From Candidatus Latescibacterota bacterium (lineage in GTDB: Bacteria; Latescibacterota; UBA2968; GCA-2709665), in contig OZ250150.1 in NCBI GenBank assembly GCA_965237675.1, forward strand, positions 2,656,001-2,720,000: a DNA stretch of 64,000 nucleotides. Reading direction: 5' to 3'. The notes under the pieces were generated by a model, which saw only the letters and a program-made list of their open reading frames with translations, was not told where the DNA came from and did no database searches. Positions within the stretch are counted from its first letter, which is position 1; each line of letters begins with the position of its first letter. Made by a program: the position numbers and the translations under genes. Shown here one piece after another: positions 19,771-30,133 of the stretch.

Positions 19771-19889
19771 GAACGGCGCCGCACGGCGCGGAGCCGGTTT
19801 TTCCGCGAATCGCCTCAGTGGCAGTTACCTGGTTTGGTGGCCTGCTGAAATCGTAGGTATTCATAAACCGTGTTGCTGAACGGAATAGC
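19771..19889 (-). repeat. ~119-bp dispersed element, copy A
   Basis: Reverse complement matches 25662-25780 (GCTATTCCGTTCAGC ... GTAAC..ATTCGCGGAAAAACCGG..CCGCGCCG..CGGCGCC). Confidence 0.7.
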
Positions 19890-20050
19890 GCGGAAAAACC
19901 CCCCGCACCACAACCGGGCGGGCGTGAGGAAGGTCGCGAATGACCGCTACGTGGATTTGCGCTCGGACGCCTCTTGTTGGTTGCTGTTGTTGTGTTTTGC
20001 TACACCTGGGAACGAGGGCTTCCAGCCCTCGTAGCGCCGCCGTTGCATTT

Positions 20051-20075
20051 GTAGGGGCAACCCTTGTGGTTGCCC
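20051..20075 (+). repeat. GTAG-type REP
   Basis: GTAG + GGGCAACC-CTTGT-GGTTGCCC hairpin. Confidence 0.7.
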
Positions 20076-20366
20076 GGCCAATGGCGCAGGACATCGCTAG
20101 CTGACTTCGCGTGTCCGTATCGCCAGTGCGTGTTCGGGATGACACCCCGATTCCGGATTCAACCTACCAGAAATCCAAAGACAATTCGACCGGGGAAACG
20201 CGGACGCGGGCGCCAGGTTTGGGGAGACGTGGAATTGGATTCTGGTTTTCGCCTCTTGTTTCAAGCTGAGAGCTGACCGCTGATAGCTGTTTTGCCTGAC
20301 CGCTGATAGCTGGGTCGCGCTGTGGTCCTCTTCCGTCTTCGGACTTGCTTCTTGCGTTGGGAAAAA

Positions 20367-21932
20367 CTACGGCGAGACGCCTCTTTTGTCGGTGGGGCCG
20401 AGCAGGTTACGGAGGCGGTTGCGGGAGAGGGCGATGAAGTTGCACAGAAAGGGGCGGGTTTCCCGCGGATCGATGATTTCTTCGACGGCAAAGGCTTCCG
20501 CAGAGCGGAATGGAGACGTGAACTGTCTGAGTTCCTCCTCCAGTTCCTTCTCGCGAGCCGCCGGATTCTCGGCGTTCGCAATATCCCGCCGGTAAGCGGC
20601 GGCGACACCGCCTTCGATGGGCAGGGAGCCCCACTCTCCGGAAGGCCAGGCAAACTTGAAGTCCAGACCGTCTTTGTCGCACGTGGCCATTCCCGCCATG
20701 CCGTAACACTTCCTGATGACCAGCGTGATGATGGGCACCCGGACCCGATGAATCGCGAAGACCGTCTTCATCCCTTCGCGCAGGGTGGCTTCCTGCTCGG
20801 CGGCGGTGCCGATCATGAACCCCGGGATGTCTACGAAGAAGATCAGCGGGATGTGGAAGCAGTCGCACAGTTCGATGAAATGGGTCTGTTTGCGGGCTTC
20901 TCTGGCGCCCATCGCGCCCCCGGAGACCATGGGGTTGTTGGCGATAATGCCCACCGGATGGCCGTTGAGCCGCGCGAGGCAGGTGATGAGCGCGCGTCCG
21001 AACGTCGGTTGGATTTCGAAGATGGAGCCCTGGTCCACAACCAGTTCCAGCAGGCGGTGCATCGGGTAGGGGGAGGTGCGTTCCCGCGGGACGATGGATA
21101 GCAGCTCCTCTTCACACCGGTCAACCGGGTCGTCGCTGGCCTCGGAGGGGGGCAGTTCCCACACGTTCTGAGGCATGTAGGAAAGGAAACGCCGCACCAT
21201 GTAAAAGCACTCTCGTTCGGTGTCCACCGCGTTGTCGACCGTGCCGGCCATATCCACCGCAATGTCCGGTCCGCCCAGGTCTTCCTTTGAAACCTCTTCT
21301 CCAAGGGCCCGTCTGACGAGGGGCGGTCCGCCAGAGAAAATCTGGCTTGTACGGCGCACCATAACGGACCAGTGGGAGAGGATGGTGCGGCCGGCGGGTC
21401 CGCCGGCCGCTGTGCCGAGTACGGCGGATATGACGGGGACTTCGCCGAGGAGTTGAACGGAGCGGCCGAAGCTGTTGACCCCGGGGAAGACCGTATAACC
21501 TCGTTTTTCCGCTCCTCGCACCGATCCACCCGCCCCGTCCGCGAGGTTGATGAGCGGGATGAGATATTTCGAGGCCAGGTCTTCTATAAAGCCGCCCTGC
21601 CCACCCTTTCGCCGGTGCGTGCCGGGGCTGCTGCCGCCCCGAACGGTGAAATCCTCGCCGCCGATGGCCACGGGTCTTCCGTTGATGCGGGCGACACCCA
21701 TAACGTAAGGGGCGGGCTGGACGCCGATGACGTTGCCGGCGTCGTCGTACTCGCCCCTGCCTGTGAGACTGCCGACTTCCGCGAACGAGCCCCTGTCCAC
21801 CAGGGCATCGATGCGTTCGCGAATTGTGAGCCTGCCCTGTCCGTGCTGGCGTTCGACGTTCTCAGACCCGCCCATTTCTTTGGACCAGGACCGACGCGCC
21901 TCGAGTTCATCTGCCTCTTCCTGCCAGCTCAT
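20367..21932 (-). CDS. Acyl-CoA carboxylase carboxyltransferase (PccB/MccB-like) subunit
   Basis: Start at MSWQEE with AGGAGG RBS; GRLTIRERI..LVD.GSF, EDFTVRGGS, VDIPGFMIG, EIIDPRETR. Confidence 0.9.
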   Translation of the reverse strand: MSWQEEADELEARRSWSKEMGGSENVERQHGQGRLTIRERIDALVDRGSFAEVGSLTGRGEYDDAGNVIGVQPAPYVMGVARINGRPVAIGGEDFTVRGGSSPGTHRRKGGQGGFIEDLASKYLIPLINLADGAGGSVRGAEKRGYTVFPGVNSFGRSVQLLGEVPVISAVLGTAAGGPAGRTILSHWSVMVRRTSQIFSGGPPLVRRALGEEVSKEDLGGPDIAVDMAGTVDNAVDTERECFYMVRRFLSYMPQNVWELPPSEASDDPVDRCEEELLSIVPRERTSPYPMHRLLELVVDQGSIFEIQPTFGRALITCLARLNGHPVGIIANNPMVSGGAMGAREARKQTHFIELCDCFHIPLIFFVDIPGFMIGTAAEQEATLREGMKTVFAIHRVRVPIITLVIRKCYGMAGMATCDKDGLDFKFAWPSGEWGSLPIEGGVAAAYRRDIANAENPAAREKELEEELRQFTSPFRSAEAFAVEEIIDPRETRPFLCNFIALSRNRLRNLLGPTDKRGVSP

Positions 21933-21996
21933 TCGGACCTCCTGTACGACGGGCGGTGCTTCGCCCAGGGCATCGGATTCCCGCGTCGTTCCATGG

Positions 21997-23226
21997 CTAC
22001 GTACCAGACTGGCCCGGCGCGGTGTAAATGGCTCGTTGCCGGGCCAGCGCTTCAATTTCTCCGGTTTCGAACCCCGCCACTCGCATCAGTACGTCCCGGG
22101 TGTCAACGCCCACTTCCCTCCCGGCCCAACGCACGGCCCCCGGTGTTTCCGAGAGACGGGGGACGACACCCGGCAGGGTCACTGTACCCAGGACGTCATC
22201 CGGCTGTTCGATCAGCATGTCACGCGCCCGGTAGTGTTCATCGGCAAAGATGTCCCGCAGCGTAAAGATACGTGCCGCGGGCACATCGAAGGCTTCGAGC
22301 TTCCCCTCGAGAATCGAAAGCGGATTCGCCGACGTCCAGTCGGCGATGATATCGTCGATTTCGTCTTCGTGCCGGGAGCGTGCGGCTGGTGTCTTAAAGC
22401 GTTCATCGGCAGCAAGATGCGGGGCGCCCATACAGGCCGCCAGGCGCACGAAGGTGGCGTTGTTGCCGGCAGTGATGTGGATGAAATCACCCCCGGCAGT
22501 GGGGTAAAGGTTGTTGGGCGTGCTGTCCGGCAACCGGGATCCGGTACGGGTGGGGACAGACCCCAGCGCGGCGAATGCCGGAATATGGGGCTCCATAAAG
22601 CTGAACGCCCCCTCGTACAGGGCCGCGTCGACAACCTGCCCTTTGCCGGTTCGGGTTCGGGAGAAAAGCGCCATTACGGCGCCGAAGGCGGCGTACAGCC
22701 CCGTGATGCAGTCCGTCAGGGAGATGCTTACGCGGCTCGGCGGGCGGTCCGGTTCGCCCGTGACTTCCCGGAGGCCGCCAACGGCCTCGCTGGTGACGCC
22801 GTAGCCGGGGCGATGCCGGTAGGGGCCGGTCTGCCCGTACCCGCTGATACGGACGAGGATGATGTCCGGCCGGATCCTGGAGAGGGCGTCGAAGCCCAGA
22901 TTCCATTCTTCGAGTCTTCCCGGCCGGAAATTCTCCACAACCACGTCGGAGGTTTGCGCCAGTCTCCTGATGACGTCCTGTCCCGCGGGTGATCTCAGGT
23001 CCACCGAGATGAGGTGTTTATTGCGCAGGATGCTGGCCGCATAGAGTGAACGGCCCCGGCTGCGTTTGCCCATCTGGCGTACGGGATCTCCGGACGGCGG
23101 CTCCACTTTGATGACTTCCGCGCCAAAATCCGCCAGCAGACGACCGCAGAACGGACCGGAAACGGTGCTGCCCATTTCCAGTACGCGACATCCGGCGAGG
23201 GGTCCGGCGTTGGTGGATGGCGCCAT
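21997..23226 (-). CDS. CaiB/BaiF (class III) CoA-transferase
   Basis: PLAGCRVLE, GPFCGRLLADFGAEVIKVEPP.GD, RNK, VENFRPG, ISGYGQTGP. Confidence 0.93.
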   Translation of the reverse strand: MAPSTNAGPLAGCRVLEMGSTVSGPFCGRLLADFGAEVIKVEPPSGDPVRQMGKRSRGRSLYAASILRNKHLISVDLRSPAGQDVIRRLAQTSDVVVENFRPGRLEEWNLGFDALSRIRPDIILVRISGYGQTGPYRHRPGYGVTSEAVGGLREVTGEPDRPPSRVSISLTDCITGLYAAFGAVMALFSRTRTGKGQVVDAALYEGAFSFMEPHIPAFAALGSVPTRTGSRLPDSTPNNLYPTAGGDFIHITAGNNATFVRLAACMGAPHLAADERFKTPAARSRHEDEIDDIIADWTSANPLSILEGKLEAFDVPAARIFTLRDIFADEHYRARDMLIEQPDDVLGTVTLPGVVPRLSETPGAVRWAGREVGVDTRDVLMRVAGFETGEIEALARQRAIYTAPGQSGT

Positions 23227-23227
23227 T

Positions 23228-24328
23228 TTACTGTACGGTCGGGGATGGTATTTTGACACAGACGGCGCCCGGGACTTCGACGGGGCTTCCGACAGGCGCA
23301 AGGGCGCCGGTGTCCGGGTTGATCAGGAAGCAGGTGACGCCGTTGCCCCGTTGGTTGGCGGCGAGGAGGTACTCACCCGTGGGGTCGAATTCCAGGTTCC
23401 AGGGCCACGCGCCGCGTGATGGCGTATGGCCGAATGGCGTGAGTTCGCCCGTACCGCTGTCGATTGACATGACCGCGATGCTGTCGTGGCCCCGGTTGGA
23501 ACCGTAGAGAAAGCGGCCGGACGGATGGACCCGGATGTCGGCGCAGAAGTTCTCGCCTGTGTGATCATCGGGCAGGGCCGAGAGGGTCTGGCGTTCGGTG
23601 AGCGTTCCCGAACCGGCGCTATAGTCGTAGACCCCGATGGTGCTGTCGAGTTCGTTGATCACGTAGGCCCTGCTGCCGTCGGGATGGAAGTCGATGTGCC
23701 TGGGGCCGGCGCCCGCGCGTGCGGAGACGGAGACCTGCTCGCTGGGCGCGATGGCGGCTGCCGTCGCGTCGAGCCGGTAACTCATGACTTTATCGGTACC
23801 GAGGTCGGCGGCAAACGCGAATCGATGGTCGGGTGAGAGAACAATGGAATGAACGTGCGGGCCTTCCTGGCGTCCGGCGTCGACACTGGATCCTTCGTGC
23901 CGGACGATCTGGGATACCTCTTCGAGTCGGCCGTCCCCCTGGATCCTGAACGTACTTAAGCTTCCGGAGCCGTAGTTTCCCGAAAGCAGGCAGCGGCCGG
24001 TCCGGTCAACGCTGAGAAAACACGGCAGGCTTCCTCCGGCGTGCCGCTCATTGAGCATCGTAAGGTCGCCGGTTTCGGAGTCGATGGAAAATGCTTTGAT
24101 GCTGCCGCCCGGGTTGCCTTCGAATTCGTCCACGGCGCAGGCCGCATACAGGAAACGCGCCCCGGAGTCGGCGGCAAGGAAGAAGGGGTTGTGAACGTCC
24201 GGTACTTTTGACACGGCTTCGAGTTCGCCGGACGAGGTATCGAGTTTGAGGATGTGAAGGCCTTCGGTACGATCATCGGTATAGGTGCCAACGTAGACCG
24301 TGGCGTAAGCTCCGGAATGATCTGACAT
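23228..24328 (-). CDS. Lactonase (6-phosphogluconolactonase Pgl/YbhE-like beta-propeller)
   Basis: YVGTYT, RQEGPHVH, ADLGTD, GAGPRH, INEL, YGSNRGHDSI. Confidence 0.92.
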   Translation of the reverse strand: MSDHSGAYATVYVGTYTDDRTEGLHILKLDTSSGELEAVSKVPDVHNPFFLAADSGARFLYAACAVDEFEGNPGGSIKAFSIDSETGDLTMLNERHAGGSLPCFLSVDRTGRCLLSGNYGSGSLSTFRIQGDGRLEEVSQIVRHEGSSVDAGRQEGPHVHSIVLSPDHRFAFAADLGTDKVMSYRLDATAAAIAPSEQVSVSARAGAGPRHIDFHPDGSRAYVINELDSTIGVYDYSAGSGTLTERQTLSALPDDHTGENFCADIRVHPSGRFLYGSNRGHDSIAVMSIDSGTGELTPFGHTPSRGAWPWNLEFDPTGEYLLAANQRGNGVTCFLINPDTGALAPVGSPVEVPGAVCVKIPSPTVQ

Positions 24329-24811
24329 TTGCGGGGCTCCTGTCCTGAAAATCGATGCTATGGAAAGGTCCGGCCCAAATGTCGACCGGAACGTATGCTG
24401 CGATCGTCGGCTTCCTTTTGATTAGACTGAAATATAGACGGAAAACGGACGAGATCAAAATATTTCTCACGACTCCACGTGCAGCGACTTGAAATCCGCC
24501 CGCGACCGACGTCAGCCTGGCCGACGCGTCGCCGTCGCGTTCAATGCACTTCTTGTATTTTCACCGCCGCCGTTTTATCTTTCCGGCGTCGGCCCGCCGG
24601 GCGATACAGCCGGGTTGCCGGCCGAACATGACGAAGACTCGGCCCTTGTCTGCGTCGCGGAATAGGTCGCAGAACCGGTCGTTCGGGATGGAAATCCGAT
24701 CTGTGCCCGCGGCAAGAAGGACATCTCCCAGTGGATGAAGGTGTTCGCCGCGATGGTCCAAGACGATGCGGCCAACAGAGTCACGGCCGAAATCAACCTG
24801 TGAGGACAACG

Positions 24812-25657
24812 ATGGATACGGCGCTTCTTCCCACGACGAATGCGGACGGTTTGCCGGTTGTACCGATGACCGGCGCGCAGAAGTACACCTTCGATCTGAA
24901 GGGTTGGATCTGTCTGCCCGATCTGTTCGACGAAGAGCAACTCGACCGGATCCGGCAGCATCAGATGGATTTTCTCTACCGCCGGGACGCGCTCCCGCCC
25001 GAGGAGCGCGACAACCACGGGGGGCCGTCGCAGGTGCTTCTGGATCCTCCCGCGGTGGTGGGAGTGCTCAATGAAATCCTCTCGCATCGCCCCCTGGCCA
25101 CCGAAGACTGTTACGGGTTCCGTTACGACCACACGTATACCAGCCATCGAAAGGCCGGGAACGACAATTTCGGGCCCCACGGGGGCGGCGCTTATTTTTC
25201 TTTCAGCGGGAATTCCCATATCTATCAGATGCTGCCGGGAAGGGTCCATTCCGGGTTGACCCGCGTGGTGTGGGAACTCAACGAGGTGGGGCCGGGAGAT
25301 GGGGGAACGATGTTTCTAACCGGCAGTCACAAGGCGGCCTTTCCGAGACCGGAAGAAATCAGCGGCCGCGAGAGTCCGCTTTGGGAGACCTATACCTGTC
25401 CACCGGGATCTGCTGTGATTTTCACGGAAGCCCTCTGCCACACGGGCACGCGCTGGACGAACGAGACCCGCGATCGGCTGACTCTTTTTACCTGTTACAA
25501 CACCGTCAACGCCAAGTGGGGGAAGGGGTGCCCGCCGGCGGAGGTGATCGCCGCGCTGCCGCCCAAACGCCAGACGCTGTTCCGGGGTGTCTGGCACGGG
25601 ATGACCGAGGTGCCGGGGATCAACAAGTACTACGATGAGGCCAACCGGGCGGTGTGA
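24812..25657 (+). CDS. Phytanoyl-CoA dioxygenase (PhyH)-like protein
   Basis: QKYTFDLKGW, PHGGG, VVWELNEV..GDGGT.F..GSHK, FTEALCH. Confidence 0.78.
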   Translation: MDTALLPTTNADGLPVVPMTGAQKYTFDLKGWICLPDLFDEEQLDRIRQHQMDFLYRRDALPPEERDNHGGPSQVLLDPPAVVGVLNEILSHRPLATEDCYGFRYDHTYTSHRKAGNDNFGPHGGGAYFSFSGNSHIYQMLPGRVHSGLTRVVWELNEVGPGDGGTMFLTGSHKAAFPRPEEISGRESPLWETYTCPPGSAVIFTEALCHTGTRWTNETRDRLTLFTCYNTVNAKWGKGCPPAEVIAALPPKRQTLFRGVWHGMTEVPGINKYYDEANRAV

Positions 25658-25661
25658 ACCG

Positions 25662-25780
25662 GCTATTCCGTTCAGCGCCGTTGCACGAAGCGTGCTTACG
25701 CGTACGCAGGGCAGATGTGTATGTAACCGCCGCTGGAGTCATTCGCGGAAAAACCGGCCCCGCGCCGAGCGGCGCCCTTC
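25662..25780 (+). repeat. ~119-bp dispersed element, copy B
   Basis: Matches the reverse complement of 19771-19889. Confidence 0.7.
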
Positions 25781-25997
25781 GTGAAAAGGCGGGAAGACGT
25801 GAAACGGTAGACGGTAGAAGAAATCCTTGCCCGATCTGCTCTTCCGCTATGCCTCTGGCCTGAACTGAAACCTCACAGGGCAGGCAATCTCTCCCGTCTT
25901 GCGTCTTCCGTCTCCCGGCCTTTCGAAAAAGGGCAAGGGAATAGGGGACGTTTGGGGGTGGCGAAGATTCTAACTCACGGGTGGCGAGACGCGGTTG

Positions 25998-26107
25998 CTT
26001 CGACAGGCTCAGCGCAAGCAACGCTGCGAGACGGGATGAATCGGCCTGCCTGCTGAAGCATGCGAGGCAGGCGGATGAATGGCGACATATTTCATGGATG
26101 GGACACT
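25998..26107 (+). repeat. 110-bp direct repeat copy 1 (REP + GCCTGCCT/AGGCAGGC hairpin)
   Basis: Near-identical to 27088-27197. Confidence 0.85.
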
Positions 26108-26122
26108 TGAGGAGGGCACGTA

Positions 26123-26923
26123 ATGAAGGTTGGCATTTATGCATCGTATTTCGGCAAGGAAGAACCCAAGGCGTTCCCGGACATCGAGTCCTTTATCGAT
26201 CTCGCCTTTGAATTGCGCCTGGATGTCATCGATTTCCGGGTAGATGTGGGGTTCGGCTCCCAGGACACGGACTATCTCAGAGGCATCAAGATAAAATGCC
26301 TGAAAGCCGGGCTGCCCATCGGCTATCTCGCGTCGGGCGGGCATTTTGTGGGTACGGATGACGAGTTGCGACTGAAGGTCGAGCAGGCGAAGGCCGACGT
26401 GGAGGTGGCTGCCTATCTGGGGGCGCCGATGATTCGGCTTTTCTGCGGTGCTCCCGAGGAGGGGGACCGGGAGAGTGAGATCCGGTGTTTTCAGGAAGTG
26501 TGCGATTTCGCCGCCGATGCCGGGATTATTGTGGGCCTCCAGAATCACCCGAGCACGGGTGACGGCGTTCTGCGTATCCTGCGGGAAACAAACCGGGAGA
26601 ACTTCACCTTTATCCTGGACACCGGTCAGTGGGTGGGCTCGCCGGGGCTGAATTTCGGTGTAGGCGATCCGGACGTCGATATCTACCACTACATGGAACA
26701 GACTGCGCCATTTGCTTCCTACGTACGCGCCAAGATCTACAAGATAGACAGCGGTCGGGAGGAGTGGCTCGATTACCCGCGCATCGTCGGGATTCTGAAA
26801 TCGGTGGGCTTCAACGGCGTCATTTCGATCACGTTCGAGGGGAAGGACGTCAACCGCTGCGACGACAGGGAAACCTTCAGGCTGGCGGCGCAGCACCTGC
26901 GCGAAACGATCGCCGCGGCCTGA
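26123..26923 (+). CDS. Sugar phosphate isomerase/epimerase (AP_endonuc_2 TIM barrel)
   Basis: GAGGAGG RBS; AAYLGAPMIRLF, GLQNH, ILDTG, LDYPRI, GFNGVISITFEG. Confidence 0.85.
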   Translation: MKVGIYASYFGKEEPKAFPDIESFIDLAFELRLDVIDFRVDVGFGSQDTDYLRGIKIKCLKAGLPIGYLASGGHFVGTDDELRLKVEQAKADVEVAAYLGAPMIRLFCGAPEEGDRESEIRCFQEVCDFAADAGIIVGLQNHPSTGDGVLRILRETNRENFTFILDTGQWVGSPGLNFGVGDPDVDIYHYMEQTAPFASYVRAKIYKIDSGREEWLDYPRIVGILKSVGFNGVISITFEGKDVNRCDDRETFRLAAQHLRETIAAA

Positions 26924-26930
26924 GCCGCTC

Positions 26931-27102
26931 CCTGAGCTTGTCGAAGGGTCGGCGAAGGGCGTTAAAGAGCGCCAAACAGGTTAGAAAACGCGGGCATTTC
27001 GACAAGCTCAATGACCACGTTTCGACAAGCCGTTTCGAAAGGCTCACTTCGACAAGTTCAGCGCAAGCAGCACAGGCGGTGCAGGCACTTCGACAGGCTC
27101 AG
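26931..27102. repeat. Cluster of TTCGACAAGCTCA/CTGAGCTTGTCGAA REP-like units
   Basis: At least five degenerate copies in the intergenic space; same family as 1769-1820. Confidence 0.75.
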
Positions 27103-27197
27103 TGTAAACAACGCGGCGAGACGGGACGAATCGGCCTGCCTGCTGAAGCATGCGAGGCAGGCGGATGAATGGTAACATATTTCCGGGACGGGACACT
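27088..27197 (+). repeat. 110-bp direct repeat copy 2
   Basis: Near-identical to 25998-26107. Confidence 0.85.
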
Positions 27198-27219
27198 GAG
27201 GACCAGTAGGGAAGAGCGA

Positions 27220-27948
27220 ATGCCCCGGCTGACCGACTACCGTGTCCTGACCTTCGACTGCTACGGCACCCTGATCGACTGGGAGTGCGGAATCTGGGAT
27301 GCATTGCAGCCGCTGATGATGTGCAACTCTGCCACGGGCCTCACGCGTGACGCCGTGCTCCGCGCCTTCGCCCAATGCGAGAGCCGGCAGGAGCGGGCCA
27401 CGCCCGGCCTGCGCTATCCGGAACTGCTCGCCCGGGTGCACGTGCGCGTGGCGGCGAGACTCGGCCTGCAGACTGACGACGAACTCAACGCGGCGTTCGG
27501 CGCCTCGTTGCCGCACTGGCCCGCGTTCCCGGACACCGCCGATGCGCTGCGTATCCTCAAGCAGCACTACAAGCTCGTCATCCTTTCCAACGTTCACCGC
27601 GGCGGCATCGCCGACTCGAACCGCAAGATGGGCGTCGAGTTCGACGCCATCTACACCGCGGAGGACATCGGCTCCTACAAGCCGGCCGACGCCAACTTCG
27701 AGTACCTGATCGCCCGCCTGAAGTCGGACCTGGGGCTGGAACGATCGGACGTGCTGCACACCGCGCAGAGTCTGCACCACGACCATGTACCGGCAAGGAA
27801 GTTCGGGCTGGCCAATGCCTGGATCGACCGGCAGCGGCTATCGGAGGGTGGCAGTTGGGGCGCGACCGAGCGGGTGGAAACGACGCCGGCGGCCGACTTC
27901 GTCTTTTTCTCGTTGGGTGAGATGGCGGAGGCGGTGGTGGCCGCCTGA
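27220..27948 (+). CDS. HAD-superfamily hydrolase (type II haloacid dehalogenase-like)
   Basis: TFDCYGTLIDWE, ILSN, GSYKP, LHTAQSL.HD. Confidence 0.9.
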   Translation: MPRLTDYRVLTFDCYGTLIDWECGIWDALQPLMMCNSATGLTRDAVLRAFAQCESRQERATPGLRYPELLARVHVRVAARLGLQTDDELNAAFGASLPHWPAFPDTADALRILKQHYKLVILSNVHRGGIADSNRKMGVEFDAIYTAEDIGSYKPADANFEYLIARLKSDLGLERSDVLHTAQSLHHDHVPARKFGLANAWIDRQRLSEGGSWGATERVETTPAADFVFFSLGEMAEAVVAA

Positions 27949-28763
27949 AACCGAACGGCTACGGTGTGCTGGTGTCACGGGATCTCCTCTCTCAACCTGA
28001 AAGCCGCACACATCCTGCGTTTTCCTTCCTGATTGGTCCCATCCGTAATTTAACATTCGCATTCAAAGTTCTACGTGCCAGGATACGATCTGCGACTACG
28101 GGGGTCGCCATATCTCGCGTACTCCAGGAAAAGTAACAAAAATACGCATTCAAGATCTACCATTTTGGCAGAAATTCATTAGGTTTATTAATAAAGGTAT
28201 GTTATATTCGGTTTACATTGACGTCACGGTTTATAACTCGCTCGGCCCCACTTAGCCCGGATTATTCAGTGCGCCGTGAGAAGGCGCGGAACTCCAGTGG
28301 GTGAGAGTCCCACCCGACAAGAGTTGCTCCAGTCGGTAGCAATCGGAGCGGGGACATAGGCAACGACGTCTCCGAAGCCTCCGGTGTAGAGGGTCGCAAG
28401 GCGACTCGGCGAGTATGTAGGCCGTAACGTGAGTGAACGCTACAGCAGGCCTCGAAAAAGGCAATGCGGGAGCCGACCCGCCTGAATTTCGGGGAAGGCC
28501 GCCGTCGTTGGGGAAGAGGGCAACGCGCGCACCCAACGGTCCCGCCGGGGCAATGGCGACGGCATGCATACAAGGAGATCCGACGCAACACGGGAAGCCC
28601 TATCGGCGGTGGAGAGCCACCAACCGGCAACCCGCGAGGGACATGCCGGGCCGACAGGGGTGGCGGAGAGGCCCGTAGTACCTGTGAAGCCGGGTAATGC
28701 CGGTGGAGGAAAGGGGCCTTGGTTCAAGGGCAACGTCAAAGGAGCGAGAGCCGGGAGATTGGT

Positions 28764-30089
28764 ATGCGCCTAAGACCTCCGGAAAAGGTTCGGAAGCTGC
28801 AAAGGACGTTGCGTGCCCAAGCGAAGGAATCGCCCAATTACCGATTCTACGCGCTATATGACAGGGTATATCGCGAGGACATCCTGCTTTATGCCTACCG
28901 CAGCTGCAAGGCCAATGGCGGCGCGGCGGGTGTGGACACAGAGACCTTTGCGGACATCGAGTCATATGGACGTGAGCGGTGGTTGGGTGAACTGGCGGAA
29001 GCCGTCAGAAGCAAATCGTATCGAGCCGACCCGATCCGTCGGGTCTACATCCCCAAGGGTGACGGCAGGCAGCGACCGCTTGGTATCCCGACGGTGAAGG
29101 ACCGTGTGGTGCAAAGTGCAGCGATGCTGGTCTTGGAGCCGATCTTTGAAGCGGACCTGCCATCGCAGCAGTATGCCTACCGACCGAAGAGGAGCGCGCA
29201 CGACGCCATCAGGGCGGTACACGCCCTGGTAAATACAGGCCACACGCAGGTCATCGACGCCGACTAGAGCGGCTATTTCGACACGATCCCGCACGCCGAG
29301 TTGATGAAATCGGTGGCGCGTCGCATCTCGGACGGGCGGATGCTGCGTCTGATCAAGATGTGGCTGACCGCGCCGGTCGAAGAGACCGACAAGCGGGGTC
29401 GGAAGCAGCGAACAACGTCGAACAAGGATCAGGGAAGGGGGATACCGCAAGGCGCCCCCATCTCGCCGTTGATGGCGAACCTGTATATGCGCCGGTTCAT
29501 TCTGGGATGGCAGCTTCTGGGACATCAGCAGCGTCTGAAGGCTCATATTGTCAACTACGCGGACGATTATGTGATCTGCTGTCGCGGCACTGCGCAAGAA
29601 GCGATGCGCGCAATGCGATCCATCTTGAAAGCGCTTAAGTTGACGGTCAATGAGACGAAGACGGGCGAATGTACGCTTTTAGAAGGACGATTTGACTTTC
29701 TGGGCTACACCATCGGCCGCTGTTACTCGCCAAAGACGGGCAAGGCCTATATCGGCACGCGCCCGCCAAAGAAGGCCATCCGGCGCATCTGCCGGGCCAT
29801 CAGCGAGGCGACGGCGCGACGGTGGTTGCTGAAAGACCTTCAAGAACGGATTGCCCACCTGAACCGAAAGCTGGTAGGCTGGGGCAACTACTTCTGTCTT
29901 GGACCGGTCAGCAAAGCCTACCGGAGTGGGGACAGCCACACCCGGAAACGGCTCCGCTGGTGGTTGTGCAACAAGCATAGGATACCGGGAAAGGGAACCT
30001 CACGCTTCCCTGACGAAGTCCTCTACGATACGCTGGGACTGGCCCGGCTGGAAAGGCAGACGCGCAACCTTCCGTGGGCGAACGCATGA
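28764..30089 (+). pseudogene. ltrA: Group II intron reverse transcriptase/maturase with in-frame amber stop
   Basis: GAAGVD, RPLGIPTVKDR, YAYRP, DAD*SGYFD (TAG 29265-29267), GIPQGAPISP, YADD, FDFLG, X domain GWGNYF; no En domain. Confidence 0.9.
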
Positions 30090-30133
30090 ATCCTTGTCGG
30101 AGAGCCGGATGCAGGAAATCCGCACGTCCGGTT

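Noticed and set aside
20322-22992. Long plus-strand ORFs antisense to the carboxyltransferase/CoA-transferase, and similar antisense ORFs throughout
   Set aside because: Shadow ORFs expected from high-GC codon bias
28190-28245. Sigma70 promoter upstream of the IS1380/intron
   Set aside because: AT-rich with TTTACA/TTGACG and TATAAC, but spacings of 14 and 8 bp are non-canonical
28380-28384. TCCGG as EBS2 of intron 1 pairing with CCGGA in the IS1380 TIR
   Set aside because: It more plausibly pairs internally with TCGGA at ~28343 (domain Ic stem), and the equivalent segment in intron 2 does the same; no convincing EBS2 was found
29265-29267. Programmed amber read-through or alternative genetic code
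   Set aside because: TAG is used as a normal stop elsewhere (e.g. 3110, 55369); a simple nonsense mutation or error is more likely
28764-30089. DGR, retron or defence RT acting on the repeat proteins
   Set aside because: The RT has group II intron motifs (PQG, YADD, X domain) inside a full ribozyme; no TR/VR pair with adenine-specific differences was seen
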